From contig CM097885.1 of assembly GCA_044892525.1 (NCBI GenBank), positions 62,248,001-62,312,000 on the forward strand: DNA of 64,000 nt. Reading direction: 5' to 3'. The position numbers were made by a program, and so were the translations under genes. The first letter of the stretch is position 1, and every line of letters begins with the position of its first letter. Of this stretch, positions 62,370 through 64,000 are shown one piece after another. The notes below the pieces were generated by a model that was not told where the DNA came from, did not search any database, and was given only the letters and a program-made list of their open reading frames with translations. The DNA comes from Schmidtea polychroa. Lineage: Eukaryota.

Positions 62370-64000
62370 CATGCGCGTAGCCAGGGGGGTGCAAGGGTGC
62401 ATTTGCACCCTTCCTTCCAGACGAAATAATTGAAATGCTAGGTTTTTTTCTCCGAATAATTGTCTCATGAGACATTTAATTGAGCCAAGAAGCTTCTATT
62501 AATTGAATATCGAAGATTGTCCTAATGGAATGACCCAATAAATTTTTCAAGGGACGATACAGTGTAAATAAACAATATTATAGTTAGGGCTCGATAAAAT
62601 TAGTTTCATATTTCGTAAAGTTGCAGTAAATAGCAACTATATTTTATGTCTTTACTTGCATTGAATTTTAATTTTTAATAGATGAAAAAACATCATCATA
62701 GTTCGCTTTCCAAATTTTTTGCTAAGACATCAAAAGTTGATACGGAGGAAAACGATTCCGATCAAAACTTCGAGTTACCAGTGGCCGAAAAAGGAGGGGG
62801 GTCTGAACAAAAGGAGGAACGTAGCGCCTCTCAAAGCCAAGAAGCTGATATAGAGTCATATCGGCGGTCACAATTAAATGACTCTGAAAAAATTGATGCT
62901 TTGGGCAAGCTTAAAAATCCTCCACCACACTTCAGTTTCCCGGCAGTAATGAAAGGGGCAACAAAGCGGAAATTAAGTTATCACTGGCTGTGTGAGTTTG
63001 ATTGGCTGATTTACTCGGTTGCAGGAGATGGACTTTATTGCGAATTTTGCTTTTTCTTTGCGATCGGGGATCAAGTTGGATCACTGCTTGTCCGAACACC
63101 TTTCAAGAATTACCAAAAGTGCCGTGAAACTTTCACTGCTCATGCAAAAGCGCCATACCATTTACGATCAATTGAAACAGCAAAAACTCTCTATGTAGTC
63201 AACGAAAACCCCGAAATAACCATTGAACGACTGTTGACGAGGCAGAAAGAAGTTGAAAAAAAGCAAAATTTGATTCTTTTGGAAGGAATTTTTGACACCA
63301 TCAATTATCTCGCTCGACAGTCATTGCCGTTCCGAGGGCATAGAGATTCTGGCGGGATATTTAACGACCAACAGGACATCAACGACGGAAACTTCAGAAA
63401 TCTGATTAGACTTCTTGCTTCGAGGGACGATTTTTTCCGGAATTCATTAGAAAGTTCGCCAAAAAATGCTACATACTTAAGTAGCACAATGCAGAAAGAA
63501 ATAATCGTTATAATTAATGAGATTGCTTTGACGAAGCTTCTTCAGAAAGTTATAAAGTCTGAATTTTTCTCTATTCTCGCCGACGAGTCATCGGATGTTT
63601 CCGGAATAGAACAAATGTCGATTGGACTCCGTTTTATCGACATTGATGCCGATAATATTGTTGAAGCATTTTTAATGCTCACGGATCTGTGTGATGTTAC
63701 TGCCAAAGGACTTACTGACTCATTGTTAAGCGGGGCAAACACGATGAAGTTACGAATGGAAAAGTGTCGAGGAATTGGCTTAGACGGAGCAAGAGTGATG
63801 AGTGGAAGGATATCAGGCGTTTCGGCAATGGTCCGGGAAAAATTTCCTCTGGTTACTTACGTACATTGTTTCAGTCATCGATTAAACTTGGTCATTGGAG
63901 AAAGCTGCAAAGTAAAGCAGATAACCCTGTGTCTTGGCACAATTAAAAGCATCTACAACTTCTTAAACTCACCGAAAAAACAAGTTGAATTTGGCAAATC
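62370..64000 (+). mobile_element. hAT transposon (ZMYM1/DUF4371-type) with open transposase from 62682 to the window end
   Basis: TIR-like CATGCGCGTAGCCAGGGGGG at 62370. Manual translation is open and shows WLIYS..DGLYCEFC, LARQSLPFRGH, GNFRNL, ATYLS, FSILADESSD, DGARVMSG and YVHCFSHRLNL. Confidence 0.9.

Overview
AT-rich eukaryotic (most likely animal) genomic DNA dominated by transposable elements, with four assembly gaps. The element mix is reminiscent of planarian flatworms, but that is unverified. Left part (1-28 kb): a decayed Ty3/gypsy gag-type polyprotein on the minus strand, with three CCHC knuckles and a long extension containing ubiquitin-like segments. Upstream of it is a putative ~5.7-kb 5' LTR (4367-10084) that appears to carry genes between its promoter and polyA signal: an IAP-type RING protein and an unknown CxxC/coiled-coil/basic protein (called ORF-X here). 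Two further decayed ORF-X paralogues and a decayed Trp-repeat ORF sit behind related LTR-like promoters. A NeSL/R2-type RLE non-LTR element and two hAT transposons are interspersed. Middle part (29-40 kb): Polinton/Maverick remnants (pPolB, minor capsid, adenain-like protease, core-like protein, packaging ATPase, integrase) invaded by a hAT, two inverted copies of a solo LTR, a Helitron and a MULE. Right part (40-64 kb): a few probable host coding exons including a divergent intronless eIF4E-family gene, plus mariner, gypsy pol and Polinton pPolB remnants, several MITEs with target-site duplications, and an apparently intact hAT transposase running off the window end. All family assignments come from motif recognition by eye; no database searches were run.
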